Source: the human T2T-CHM13v2.0 reference genome, Homo sapiens
Assembly (NCBI RefSeq): GCF_009914755.1
Contig: NC_060933.1
Reading direction: 5' to 3' (one strand)
Length of the DNA: 64,000 nt
A model generated the notes under the pieces. It saw only the letters and a list, made by a program, of their open reading frames with translations, made no database searches and was not told where the DNA came from. How positions within the stretch are numbered: the stretch's first letter is position 1; every line of letters starts with the position of its first letter. The position numbers and the translations under genes are program-made. Below, one piece after another: positions 13,601-28,300 of the stretch.

Positions 13601-14472
13601 TACCATTTAGGAGGTAGGCATGGGCAAAGACTTCATGACTAAAATGCCAAAAGCAATTGCAACAAAAGCCAAAATTGCCAAGTGGGATCTAATTAAACTA
13701 AAGAGCCTCTGTACAACAAAAGATACTATCATCAGGGTGAACAGGCTACCTACAGAACGGGAGAAAATTTTTGCAATCTACCCATCTGACGAAGGTCTAA
13801 TACCCAGAATCTACAAGGAACTTAAACAAATTTACAAGAGAAAAACAACTCCATCAAAAAATAGGCAAAGGTTATGAACAGTCACTTCTCAAAAGAAGAC
13901 ATTTATGCATCCAACAAAGATATGAAAAAAAGCTAAGCATCACTGATCATTAGAGAAATGCAAATCACAACCACAGTGAGACACCATCTCACACCAGTCA
14001 AAATGTCAATTATTAAAAAGTCAAGAAACAATAGATGCTGGCAAGGCTATGGAGAAATTGAAACACTTTTATACTGTTGGTGGGAACGTAAATTAGTTTA
14101 ACCATTGTGGAAGAGAGTATGGCAATTCCTCAAGGATCTTAGAACCAGAAATACCATTTGACCCAGCAATTCCATTACTGGGTATATACCCAGAGGAATA
14201 TAAATCATTCTACTATAGAGACATGCACAAGTATGTTTATTGCACCACTATTAATAGCAAAGGCTTGGAACCAACCCAAATGCCCATCAACCATAGACTG
14301 GATAAAGAAAATGTGGTACATATACACCATGGAATACTATGCAACTATAAAAAATAATGAAATTATGTCCTTTACAGGGACATGGATGAAGCTGGAAGCC
14401 ATCATCCTCAGCAAACCAACACAGGAACAGGAAACCAAACACTGCATGTTCTCACTCATGAGTGGGAGTTGA
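10616..14472 (+). pseudogene. L1 ORF2p remnant (endonuclease/reverse transcriptase, disrupted)
   Basis: Endonuclease motifs ILNIYAPN, IVGDFNTPLS, SKIDH, SDH; RT motifs [22 protein letters not shown]; many frameshifts and stops. Confidence 0.92.
11606..11636 (+). mobile_element. Ultra-truncated younger L1PA 3' tail nested in L1 ORF2
   Basis: TAAAGTATAATAATAATAAAATTAAAA matches the extreme L1PA 3' end; flanked by TSD AAAAGAGCT (11597-11605, 11637-11645) at a TT/AAAA site. Confidence 0.75.
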
Positions 14473-15304
14473 ACAGTGATAACACATGGACACAGGCAGG
14501 GGAACGACACACACCAGGGCCAGTCAGAGGGTGGAGGCTGAGGGGAGGGAAAGCATTAGGACAAATAGCTAATGCATGCAGGGCTTAAAACCTAGGTGAC
14601 AAGTTGATAGGTGCAGCAAACCACCATGGCACACGTATACCTATGTAACAAACCTACATGTTCTGCAATTGTATCCCAGAACTTCAAGTAAAATAAAACA
14701 AAAACCCACAATTCCCTTATCTATTTATCTAATCCTGTTAGATTGCATTTACTTTTACAAACAGCCTCAAATTCCTTGGTGAGAAAAACATGACATGTAC
14801 ACATGAATGAAAGAATAGAGGACCCTGATGAAAATGCAGGTAGAATAAGCCCTGTTGATGCCAATGCTCTCCCACGTGGTGGTCTGTCACAATGCCTGAA
14901 ATCCTGGCATTAGAGATCCTTCTTTGAAATGAGTTACTTTCTCCAAAACTCACGGTCAAAATGAGCACATTTTCTCCCTTCAACACATTGGTGATTTATA
15001 ATTGTACCTTTAAATACTTTTTAAGCTGAAGGCCCTTTACAAATTTAAGGAATTCTATTATCAGTGCCATAATTTTGATTAATGTAGATTAGATTATCGG
15101 TATCTTGGAAATCAAAAGGAAGGACCCTGGCACACTAGGGTGGAGAGCAGATAAATCTTATAAGCTTCATTAATGAAGCTCAAAGGGAAACCTGGGAATG
15201 ATTGAGACAAGTTGTTCATATGTTCCTGGTATAGAGCAAGCTGTGGGGTAATGAGGCCATTCAGACGGGAAGATCACCTCTCCACAGGAGGCTAAGTAAG
15301 TCAT

Positions 15305-15520
15305 GAGGAGTATGAATCCTAGGGCCAGATTTTCCGGTTCAAATCCTGGGTCTGCCACACACTGGCTGCATGATCTTGGGCAAAAGACAACTTTTCTGTG
15401 CTATTTTCCCATCAGTGAAATGGAGACAAGAGTAGAATGAGCTTCATAAGGTAGGCTTCAGGACCGAATGAGTTGACATTAGAAAAGTGTTCAGAGCAGT
15501 GCCTGGCACATAGTAATACC
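15305..15520 (+). mobile_element. MIR SINE
   Basis: GGTTCAAATCCTGG...CCCATCAGTGAAATGG...CAGTGCCTGGCACATAGTAA core. Confidence 0.8.
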
Positions 15521-15990
15521 ATGTTGGTTAAATAAAACATGGAAAAAAATAAAGTGGTTCAGAGAAGGGCTGGGTATCATGGAAGTCATGAAATGCTTGT
15601 GATTTTAACTCTAATATAAATGTATTTTTCCATTTTAAGAGACATATCTATGAAACAGAAGTATAAGATAAATGAATATTAAAAGTGGGGAGTTTAGTAT
15701 GCAAGAGTGCATGAATCCAGTGGAAGAGACAGAAAAACAGGTTTTAAAGAAAATGCAGAATTTGATGACAGATGGAGTGATAAGATTTTTTTGTTTGTTT
15801 GTTTTTTTAGAAGAACAGGTAAGATAGTTCTTGAATGCCAAGAATTGTGGTTACTCAAGTGCAAGTTCCTGTTGTTTATGGAAAACTGTCCTGGGCCTGT
15901 TGTGAGCACAGGTGTTGAATGGATGTTGATGGACGCTTTTAATGAGTGAACAGTGGCAGGACATAGCATTTTAGGACTTAGAGTCTATAC

Positions 15991-16291
15991 CAAACTGCCC
16001 AACAGAAACATAATGAGAGTCATAGATGTAATTTAAAATTTTCTAGCAGTCTCATTAAAAAGAAGTAATGAAAGACAGAATCAACTTTAATAATATGTTT
16101 TACTTAAATTAATATATCTAAAATATTATTTCAATATGTAATCAAATTTAAGAAATTAATGAAATTTTTTTACTAAATCTTTGAAATATAGCATGTAATT
16201 TATACTTCTAGCACAACTTAATTCAGACTAACCACATTTCACATGCTTAATAGATGAATGTGACCAGAAGCTATGGTATTGGACAGAGCAG
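15991..16291 (+). mobile_element. MER33 (hAT-Charlie) DNA transposon fossil
   Basis: Colinear with MER33 consensus, ends ...GTATTGGACAGAGCAG. Confidence 0.8.
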
Positions 16292-16809
16292 TGCTGGACC
16301 TTCAGTTATTATTAGCCTCTCTCTTGGGGTGCATAGTACCCTTATCTACTAGATTAATACCCAGTTGTTCCATTTTAGTCATCCATGGTTTTCACTCATA
16401 CATTAAATTCCTACTCTATATTGGACCCTGAATTAAATACTAGCAATTCAAAGATGTACATAAGGAGTATAATTTTATATCCCAAGTAAACTTAACTGGA
16501 TTAAACTAGTTCTGGCCTGTTCACATTGAATTCAACCAAATTAAACTAGTATAAATATGATCAATTGAAAACTGGATCAAACTGCTTTAAGAAAGCAAGC
16601 CATTGCGAACCTGTTTTAACAAGAACAAAAATTTCTGGTTAATTCCCTTGGTTTACAGTTTAATTACACTCTTGAGAAGTTGTTCCAATTTCAACTGGCT
16701 CTTGTGTGTGTTGATAATTTAGTTTAATCTAGACTATTTATATTTCAGCCATTTCAAAATAGCTCATAATAGATCCAATAACTTCTTACCAATTCAAAAT
16801 TGAGTGGTT

Positions 16810-17180
16810 TGTATATTGGTCATTCCTCACGCTGCTATGAAGAAGTACTCAAGAATGGGTAATTTATAAAGGAAAGAGGTTTAATTGACTCACAGTTCTG
16901 CATTGCTGGGGAAACCTCAGGAAACTTACAATCGTGGTAGAAGGCAAAGGAGAAGCAGGCACCTTCTTCATGGGGTAGCAGGATGGATTGAGTGCAAGCA
17001 GGGGAAATGCGAGATACCTATAAAACCATCAGATCTCCTGAGATTCACTCATCATGAGAGCAGCATGGGGGAAACTGCCCCTATGATCCAATTACTTCTA
17101 CCTGGTTCCACCCTTGATGTATGGGGATTATTACAATTGAAAGTGAAATTTGGATGGGGAGACAGAGCCAAACCATATCT
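16810..17180 (-). mobile_element. THE1 (THE1D-like) solo LTR
   Basis: Reverse-complement THE1 LTR ending CAGAGCCAAACCATATC. Confidence 0.88.
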
Positions 17181-17789
17181 GCCTGATTCTAAAATATTAA
17201 ATATTTTAAGCTACTTATAAACAGGCAAATGTTGCTAGACCCACAATACCATGAGAGATGAAGGCAGAAACCAGGTTATAATAATTGGGCCTGGTAGTTA
17301 CAGCTACTCTAGCAAGAAACCTAACTTTAGCTTGAACTGGTGGATTATTGTACTAAGATTTCCCAAAACCTCCTGAATAAGGGAATGCTTATTCCCAGAA
17401 AGAGGGACAAACATGAAACATTGAGCTAAGGTCAAATAACCTTAATAGTAAGTTCATGTCATAGTTGGCAAGTGGATGCTAAGTGACTCCTGACACTTAG
17501 GACTATACACAACAAGTGAATGGGGAGAGATAGGGGATTGGACTCCAATTCAACATGGGGTCACTCTGAGACACCTGGTAACTGTACTAGGGAAAGAGGC
17601 AACAAAAAGAAGGAAACAGAGAAGGGATACAAGTTTCCAAAAACACTTCACTCAGACTTTTGAGCTCATGCCTGGGTAAAGACAGCATGTGAAGAGATTC
17701 CCAACCACGCCTTGGGTCTTGGGGAAGGAGGTAGCCATGAACTGATGCACAGACAGACTGCGGGAAGATACACTAGCTTTTTCTTACTC

Positions 17790-18640
17790 CAGACATTTTA
17801 TCATTCAATGCATGCTGTCTAGCACTATCAGGCTAATTTTTCCTGAACTACCCTTTCATTATTTTCAGGTCTCTCTTCTCAAAAACATTCAGTGGCTCAA
17901 CTTGGCTCCCAAGTCAAGCTCTACATCTGATTTGTTATCACCTCGCTCTTCTTTGCTAGCTAGGCTACTTTTCTTGCCACTTTCTGATTGCTACTAACCT
18001 CTATAGTCAGCATTATTACCCTTTCAGACTCATGTTAATTTATTCTTCTTGATGATATCCCTGTCTTCATTTTGTGTTTCCTTTGCTTATCTAATTCTTT
18101 TAACAAAAGAAATACAAGGTCCCACTTCCTCCCTTAAGTCTCCTACCTCATAGATTTGATCTTCCACTACAACTTCCAGCATCACACAACATATTGCCTA
18201 TATTGCCTTGTCTTATTCCTTGAGAATTTCACCAGTGTGAACCTCAACACCTCAAGCAGCTTGAAAGATATTCAACAGCAGGGATCTTGCCTTTGTAGTC
18301 ATTTGCCACCAGCATTATAAAGCTTTGAACACAGAAATCCTCAGTGTATTCCTCCAAAATAGGTTTTAGTGCTTACTACTTGGGATGAAGCAGGAAGTAG
18401 GTGTCTTGGCTTCATGGAACTTATAATTCAATAGGAGAAAAATGAAGACATAAATGAATAAATAATTAGCTTATTTATGACTTGATATGTCCCATGATAA
18501 AAATAATTTAGTCCATTGAGATAAGAAGAAAGAAGGACGCTATGGGTGAAACTTAGTTATCAATATTCAGAGAAAGCTTCTCTGAAGAACTTAAATTTAA
18601 GCAGGGCCTTGAATGATGAGAAAGAGGAGGTAGCCCTGCA
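17790..18640. mobile_element. L2 fragments (plus strand about 17790-18330, minus strand about 18360-18640)
   Basis: Degenerate L2 motifs such as CTCAAAAACATTCAGTGGCTC and GAAAGCTTCTCTGAAGAA...CTTGAATGATGAG. Confidence 0.5.
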
Positions 18641-18794
18641 AAGGGAAATATGTACTGAATATTTTATCTTTTGCATTATTTGTAATAAATGCAGAGAGGC
18701 TGCCATACACATTTAGTCCAGGTATGAAGAAAACTTTACCTACTTGCCATCTGGACTGTAAAGGAATACACTGAGCCTACAAGAATGCAAAGAA

Positions 18795-19073
18795 GGCCAG
18801 GCGCGGTGGCTCACGCCTGTAATCCCAGCACTTTGGGAAGCCGAGGTGGGTGGATCATGAGATCAGGAGATCAAGACCATCCTGGCTAACACGGTGAAAC
18901 CCTGTCTCTACTACAAATACAAAAAATTAGCTAGGCGTCGTGGCAGGTACCTGTGGTCCCAGCTGCTCGGAAGGCTGAGGCAGGAGAATGGCGTGAACCG
19001 GGAGGAGGAGCTTGCAGTGAGCCGAGATCGTGCCACTGCATGCCAGCCTGGGCGACAGAGCGAGACTCCATCT

Positions 19074-19102
<29 letters not shown>
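18795..19102 (+). mobile_element. AluY
   Basis: Y diagnostics ACCATCCTGGCTAACACGG and GAATGGCGTGAACC; about 30-nt poly(A); TSD AAGAATGCAAAGAA. Confidence 0.96.
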
Positions 19103-19106
<4 letters not shown>

Positions 19107-19181
19107 ATGCAAAGAAAAAAATGTTCATAGAGTAATGGAAGAGCACTTTTTCAATTCTCTCTATCTGCAAGAAGATATTGA

Positions 19182-19546
<365 letters not shown>

Positions 19547-19580
19547 TCAACAGATTTTTTAAAAATAAAATGGTAATACA

Positions 19581-21097
<1,517 letters not shown>

Positions 21098-21109
21098 TGA
21101 TTAAAGCAT

Positions 21110-22200
21110 GAACTATGGCATTGGTTGCAGGGATAGCGAGGGGGTTACATTTAATAAATATTTGCAAGATAAAGTAAGCACAACTTAATGATTAGATGCA
21201 TAGAGAGGGAAGGGAGAATCTAAATTGACTTCCAAGTGCTTAGCTTGGATGGCCAAATGGATTTAGGCTCTATTATTTGAAAGCAGAATATATATAGAGA
21301 AGCAACTTTGTTGAGGAAAGAGATTGAAGAAATTTGAATTTGTATTGGAATACTGTGAGTTTGAAGAGCCACTGGGCCTTCTAACAGAGATATGCAAAAG
21401 ATTTTCTGAGTCTTAAGTTCAAAGAACATTTGGGAATTTAAGAACAAAATGTCAAACTCATCTGCACGCAGATTATAGTTTTCCACTAGAACTTTCAATG
21501 AAATTGGCCAAATAGAGGCTGAAGAGGAAAAGAGCAGTGTGGGTCATGGAGAAAGGAGACAGAAGTCATAAACAGGACTGTAGAGAAATAGTCACAGAAG
21601 TGAAACGGAACCAGAGTAACAAGTATCACAGGAGCCAAAGCAGAAAAAAAAAAAAGGAGTGGGGGACCAACTAGAATAAGAAATAAGCAGTGCCAGCGCA
21701 ACGAAGAGTTTAAGAAAGATAACTACCTGCAGAGGTCCACGGTATTTGGCAACAGGGAGGCCATTGGCAACCTTAGCAAAGGCAGCTACAGTGGAGTGAT
21801 GGGAAGAAGGCCAGATTACTAAGGGTTGAAGAATGAGTAGGAACAGAGAGAATGGCAGCTATAACAATCCTCTGACAAAAACCCTGGCTAAGGGAAGGAG
21901 ACAGCTAGACATTTTTGGTATGGAAGGAACTCGATTATATTTGTAGGCTACAGGAAAAGAACTGAATGGAAGGATGAATAGAAGTTGCAGGGAAAAGAAA
22001 TCATTGTAGGGTTCCAGAGGAAATGGAAGCAAATCAGTTTAGGGGCCCAGCCCTGACTAGCTTATCTATGACTGGAGAAAAGCAGAGAATGTTGTCTGCA
22101 AAAATAAGTGCAGGCATATTTGGGGAAGCTCCAAACTGAACACTATGTTGATTGATAGCCTCAATTTCTTCAAAGAAATAAGAGCTGAGATTATCATCAA
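21110..22200 (-). mobile_element. L2 LINE fragment
   Basis: TTTGGCAACAGGGAGGCCATTGGCAACCTTAGCAAAGGCAGC...GTGGAGTGATGG...GCCAGATTA typical L2; boundaries approximate. Confidence 0.7.
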
Positions 22201-23658
22201 ACTACAAGTGGGCTAGAAGTTAGTGCGGGTTTGGGGTGGCAAGTAAAGGGAAAGAGAAGACACTGACAAGGGACCCAACTCAAGACCATGAGCTAAGAGG
22301 GCATGGGTGGTTATAACTCTGTGATGTTTTACTGGCTTAGCCCATACAGCCAAAAGGAAGGGCCAGTAGGCTTAAGAGTGTTGATGAAGAAGCTCTTTCA
22401 ATAAACAACCATTTTAGTTCTTCAGTCTTTTTTTTTTTTAACCTTATGGTGGTGTTATAGAAAAATCTCTAAAAAACATTTCCATGTTGTATTCCCTTAA
22501 AATTCTACTGCCTGAGCCTCTTAATCTTATACTATCCTTAACTATATCAGCTTATAGTGAAAAGGAAGACTAATTAGAATTTTCCTAATGATAGAAAATT
22601 GCCCCCTCCAAATCTACAGGTCCCAAACCACTAGATAAATAACAATAGTAGCTTAGCTTTAAATAGTGCATTTCCTTCTACCAAACCCCCAGAAATATGA
22701 ATACAGAATTTTAAAGATATGCATATGCACACAGGTGCATATATTTGACACAGTACAGACCTTTCATTGGAAAATAAAATACTATTCATGCTGAGTCGTT
22801 TTCATAATTGTTTTCTTTTTGTATTTGAAAGAGAAGCAAGTCTACTTCCTCTGTATTCACAGAAATGGAAATTAGTATTGAAAATAAGCAATTAAAATCC
22901 CCAAGATGATTTCATTCAAAACAAAATACAATAAGTTAAAAATACCATATGGAGCGGGCAAAATCTGATACGGAGCCAGGAGAAAAATAACTGTAAAGGT
23001 CCAGAATTCAAGGACAAGCTTTCCCTGCTCCTTCCCTCTCTGCAAGGTACAGGATTTCCACACATATGGTGTTAGAATCGTTCACTGTTCTACAACCCCT
23101 GGTGCAGGACCATATGTGCTGAGATCCACAAGCACAACGGGATGAGATGGGAATTATCTGCCAGTTTTTCCTTGGAGTTCCCTTGTGTTAAGAAGTTTTA
23201 TACCTTGCCCCTATTGTTATAATTCATTAAATTAACTATGGAAGCTTTTAAGTATGTGATATCCCCTAATTGACCCAGCCTCATATATGACTGGTTTTTG
23301 CTCAAGCCTGTGCCAAAATCACTACTATAATCCATTTCGGCCTCAAATTTAGTATCATAGAAAATCCAGTCAGCTAATTGATGAGGCCCTAAATTACACT
23401 TTTCTCTGGCTGGCTCTGCTCTTGTTTCTAATTCAGAAATGCTCTAATTACTGACTCCTCCCAGCACCCTTCACCCATTTTGATTAGTTTTAAAAAGTTA
23501 AGAGTAGCATCTTGGTATGCCATATTCCCAGTTCTAGATATATTTTTCTCTTGTTTTATTTATTTTTAAAAAAACTGGCAAGGATTCATAAGATGTTAGA
23601 GGTAGCTCCTGGAGTATTATTATATTTGGCCAGCTTTAGGAGGAGTTGACATCTAGGG

Positions 23659-23873
23659 CAAAATTTGTCTCTCTTGGCACCATTGACATTTTTGGGTCGG
23701 ATAATTATATGTTGGGGGGCTGGTCCTGTGCATTGTAGAATGTTTACCAGCATTTGTTGCCTCTATCTGCTTGATGCCAGCAACCACCCCAATGAAGTTG
23801 CAACAATCAAGTGTCCTCAGAAATTGTCAAATATCCCCTGGGTGACAAAATCATCTCTGGTTTAAAACCACTG
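23659..23873 (-). mobile_element. MER20 (hAT-Charlie)
   Basis: GTCCTGTGCATTGTAGAATGTTTA core; AACCACTG terminus; 8-bp TSD ATCTAGGG / ATCTGGTG. Confidence 0.85.
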
Positions 23874-24209
23874 ATCTGGTGAATCTTTGGGAACCTTGCA
23901 ATATACACCCACACCAATGGAGTCATTCCTCTATGAAGAGCAAATAGTATAGGAGGAGAAAAGCATTAATCCTTATTGTAGTATTTTACGAGTAAGTGTA
24001 AAAAGACTAACAAATCCTGAGAAAGTATGTGTGTGTGAGAGAGAGAGTTTGGAGAAGTTTGAGAATTTCGGAAGTTAGAAACTAAAGGAAACTGAAGGAA
24101 AACGTGTCCCTCAGTAGAAATAAGGAACCATAGGGGCAGCTGAGGATGTGGAAAACAGAATTCTCTGTCCAGATTTTTCTCAGTTCTGTCTCAGTAAAAA
24201 TTGATTGTA

Positions 24210-24880
24210 ACTTATTTCTCCTCTCATCACCCACACCTAATCCATTACCAAGTCCTATAGACTTGATCTCTAAGATATTTCTTACCCCACCCACTGGTTT
24301 CCATAGCCACTACCCCGTCACTAGTCCACATTATCATCATCTATTGTCTAGACAATTCCAATACCTCCTAACTATCCCTTGGATTCCAACCTGGCCCTAC
24401 TCCAATTTCTTCTGGATGCTGCAGTCAACATGATATTTTCAAAAACTCAAATCCAGTCAGGGCTCACCAATTTGCTTTATACCCCTTAGTGCATCCTCTT
24501 GCTCTTATAAACAAAACTTTGTGTGGCCAACAAGTCCCTGCACAGTCTCCTACTGAATTCCTCCAGCCTCACGTCCTAACATATTCCCATTTCACTCACT
24601 ACGTGCCCTCTTTTCTTATGTGTTTGCACATTCAATTTCCTCTGTCTTGAATGCACTTACCTCTCCTTTTCTAACTCATCCTTCAGATATGAGTTGTAAC
24701 TTTGCAGAAATTTCATTAATTTTCCACTCCTCCCATCAGAATGCTTGCTCCCTGAGAGCAGGAAGAGATCTGGTCCATCTGGGTCCAGCTTGTATCCTTG
24801 TATCCCCAGAGACCAGCAGCACAATGCCAGCATATAGTAGGTGTCCAATAAATATTTGTTTCATCACTGAATGAAGAAGT
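24210..24880 (+). mobile_element. L2a 3' end
   Basis: Ends ...GCCAGCATATAGTAGGTGTCCAATAAATATTTGT...TGAATGAA. Confidence 0.8.
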
Positions 24881-26059
24881 ACATAATGAATTCTGTTGCA
24901 GAGAAATCTATGAAAAGATTTGATGGGGCTGCATTTTCTTAATGTATCATCCTATTCTATAAATATACAAATGTTACCCATTCAGGCTGATTGCATCATT
25001 GCATCATTTCATGTGGCAACTAGGCTATCAGATTTTGGTGAAAAGCACTGTCCTAAATATCTTTGATTTTCTCCAGGGACCTCAGTAGTTGCCAAAAGCT
25101 GGCTAAATGCCTATGAAAAAAATGAAAAAAAAAAAAAAACCACAAATGACTAAATGAATGAATAAATAAAAATTCTATACTATAATCTCCATAAAGATGG
25201 GACCAAATCTAAATATTCTTTTATATCTTAGCACTAGAGATTTCTGAAGTCTTTTTAACATGAATCTAGTAAGTGTTTGTATTTCCTTGTATTCTCCCTT
25301 ATTGTTCTTATCTCAGAGTTGTTCCTAAACAAATTGGCTTCAAGGTAAGGAGAAACTAGCTGAGACTTGAATAAGCTGCTAAACTATGGAGAAGTTATTG
25401 AAAAGCTGCTCTGATTGGTACAATTTTGAAGTACTTGACAGACCTTATTTTCTGATCAATGGAAATTTCACCATTGCCCTGGTGTGCCCAATGTAATCAG
25501 AATGGTTCTATAGCCTTAGACATCCACCTGAAAAGAAAAAAGGAAGTTCTAGGATGGCCTGAAGATGAAGGTGGCCCATGGAAAAAAAAAAAAGTAAATA
25601 CAATGGAGTTTAGGCTGTAGTCCAGGGGAACATTTTTTGTTTGATCCTTGTGTTTCATGATACAAATGATAATAATGATAATAATAACGATGATGACAAT
25701 TGATATTTTTGTTAACTAAGTGCTAGACCTGGCAGCTGGCCATTTTTATATACATTATCTTAGTTCCTATGACTATTCTGTAAGATATAATTGTTAAGGG
25801 TCAGGAAATTATGCTGAAAAAAAATTCTTCTTCCAGATTCGTGCTCTATTTCTGTGTCTCTACATTGGAGAAGGAGAGAAAAGAGAAGATGTTCACAGAG
25901 GCAGAATTGCCATTTTATGCAGTATTTTTTTTTTATATATTACACTGAAAACTATAGTTCACAACTATAGGTCACCATGTTTAGGCTCAACCATAGCCAG
26001 TATTTCTTGACAGTGTATGTGCAAGTTAATACTAACTTTGCCCGAATTCGAAAAGCATT

Positions 26060-26230
26060 TTACTTTTATATATCAATTTTATGTGCATTTCTCGTTTGAT
26101 CCTTAAACAGTCTTCTCGAGAATTTTATCCCTATTTTACAAATGAGGATGCTAATACTCAATCCAAGGTCTGTAGCCAGCCAATAGTTCTGCCAGAACTT
26201 CAACAAAAGTCTTAGAAATGTGAGTTCAAT
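26060..26230 (-). mobile_element. MIR fragment
   Basis: TTATCCCTATTTTACAAATGAGGATGCT core. Confidence 0.6.
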
Positions 26231-26524
26231 GCTGAAGACAAGTCAAGACTGAGGCAGGAAAAGTCATTTGTTAGCATTAGTTGTTTTCCAAAAAAGCTTT
26301 AGACTCACAGCAGAAATTTCAAAATTAGTTGAGTTGATGAAGCGAAGAATCTGGGGAAATGGCTTGGAGACTTATCCTAGGAGGTTGAGGATTGAAGTGG
26401 AAAGTCAGACAAAAGTGTAATGATGTTTGTATGTAAAAGGGATAAACACAGGATGACCTAACACTAAATTTCTTTTGCCAATTGTATTAATTCAACGGTT
26501 TTAGAAACAGAACACTGCCTATTA

Positions 26525-27020
26525 TAGTAATAGCTATAGGTCTTAAAACATTCCAGGTATAATTCTAAACACAAAGTAAATATTAACTTCTTTAATCCTC
26601 TCGACAATTGTATAATGTTGTTTGCTGTGGTGGTTAGGAGCAGGACTCTGAAGCAGTATTGCTTGGGTATAAGCCCTGACTCTGCCTCTTATGAACTATG
26701 TAACCTTGGAAAAGTTACTAACCAACTCAGTTCCTTGATTTCCATATCTGTAAAATGGGAGTAATAATAGAAACAACCTCAGAGGGTTGCTTTGAGCTAT
26801 AAATGTGGAAATATATGTAAAAGGGCTTAGAATAGTGTCTGACACAAGCTAAACACTATGTAAGTATTTGCTCTTATTACTTTCTTTATCCCCCTTTACA
26901 GATGAAGAAATAGAAGCATAGAGAAGTAATTGGCTCAAGGCCACACTGCTAGTAAGTACTAGAGCTGGCACTTGAACCCAGGCATACAGCTCCAGGAACC
27001 ACATTCTGAACCAGAATTCT
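26525..27020. mobile_element. Plus-strand MIR (about 26625-26878) nested in a minus-strand MIR
   Basis: Full + MIR (TCTGTAAAATGGGAGTAATAATAG) flanked by two halves of a - MIR (CCCCTTTACAGATGAAGAAA...CTTGAACCCAGG). Confidence 0.7.
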
Positions 27021-27104
27021 CTACAAGGTCCCATGCTATAGCAGTACCCAGGAATGTGGTTAGACTTCTAGAAGACTAAGATTCAGTTTCCTCCCTGGGA
27101 CGGC

Positions 27105-27622
27105 TGTGATAGGCAGAATAATGGCCCTCCAAGGATACATGACTCTTAATCCCTGGAACCTGGGAATATGGCATATTACATGATGAGGGGGAATTAAGGT
27201 TGTGAGTAGAATTAAGGTTGCTGATCAGCTGACTTTATAATAAGGATATTATCTTGAGTTGCCCTGGTGTGCCCAATGTAATCAGAACGGTCCTAAAATG
27301 TGAAACAGCAAGGCAGAACTGTCAATGTCAGAAAGATATGATGTGACCGAGCCTCAACCAGTTGTTATGGGCCTCGGAGTTAAAGGAAGGGGCCACCAGC
27401 CAGTGCTCCAGAAGCTGGCAACCTTTAGAAGCTGAAAAAGGGAAGAAAATAGACTGTCTTCTATAGCCTGCAGAAAGGAACCCAGCCCTGCCAACACCAT
27501 GATTTTAGCCCAGCGAGACCCATTGAAACTTCTGACCTCCAGAATCATAAGGTAAAAAAACTGTTGTTTTATGCTACTACATTTGTAGTAATTTGTTATG
27601 GCAACAATGGGAAATGAATAGA
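27105..27622 (+). mobile_element. MLT1D solo LTR
   Basis: TGTGATAGGCAGAATAATGGCCCTCCAAGGAT start; GTAATTTGTTATGGCAACAATGGGAAATGAATA end. Confidence 0.85.
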
Positions 27623-27949
27623 GGAGCCTATAGCATGGTTAGGGAGGAAAAAGGACAGAGACTCTACTGCATATTGAAGACCAACCCCTACCACCTCATG
27701 GTAGGGAGGATGGAAATATAACAGAGTTTAGCAAACAAATCTAAGAGGTGTATTTTAGTGTGTAGGTTTTTTTTTTTAAATTTTGTATTTTGTAGTCTAA
27801 TAGGCAATTAATTGTTTCGGACTAAAACTGATCATTGCACCTCAGTTACAGTAGCACACATTGCTATCTGTAAATAATTTTCTCTTTCACTACCACATTT
27901 CATCCCTGTGGTACTAGGTCATCAGGATAGGTGGTAGTATCTGATACAC

Positions 27950-28300
27950 TGTGGATGAGTAAGAGATGTGCAGGATTTAGAGGTTAATAGACCTAGGTTC
28001 AAGTTTTGTCTTCACTCATGGTCGCTGATGTTGGGCATGTGATAGAATCTCTCTGAGCTACAGTTTCTTCATCAGTAACATAATAATGGTGCTGCCCCTT
28101 CATGAGGATTAAAGGGGATGCCACTCTGAGGGTCCCTGCCACTCAGTAAGGTATTCTGTGAGAGTTATTTTTTTCTGTTTACATCTTACAGATGGGGAAG
28201 CTAAGGCCAAAGAAGAAAACAACTTGAGAAGTAGTTAATTAGTAGGTGGCAGAGTCAGGACTCAAGCTATGTTTTCAAAATCCTATTAGAAAGTTGCTTC
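27950..28300. mobile_element. Two MIR fragments (+ then -)
   Basis: CTCTCTGAGCTACAGTTTCTTCATC; TTACAGATGGGGAAGCTAAGGCC. Confidence 0.6.

Larger units (their letters stand above)
8221..14700 (+). mobile_element. Full-length LINE-1, L1PA8/L1PA10-like, inactive
   Basis: 5'UTR starting GGCCAAGATGGCC; ORF1 and ORF2 remnants; L1PA-type 3'UTR and A-tail; TSD AAAAGCCACAATTTC 8205-8219 / AAAACCCACAATTCC 14701-14715. Confidence 0.95.

Noticed and set aside
9378-14472. ORFs of 60-177 aa, some with endonuclease or reverse transcriptase motifs, as functional genes
   Set aside because: Fragments of a dead L1 broken by many stops and frameshifts
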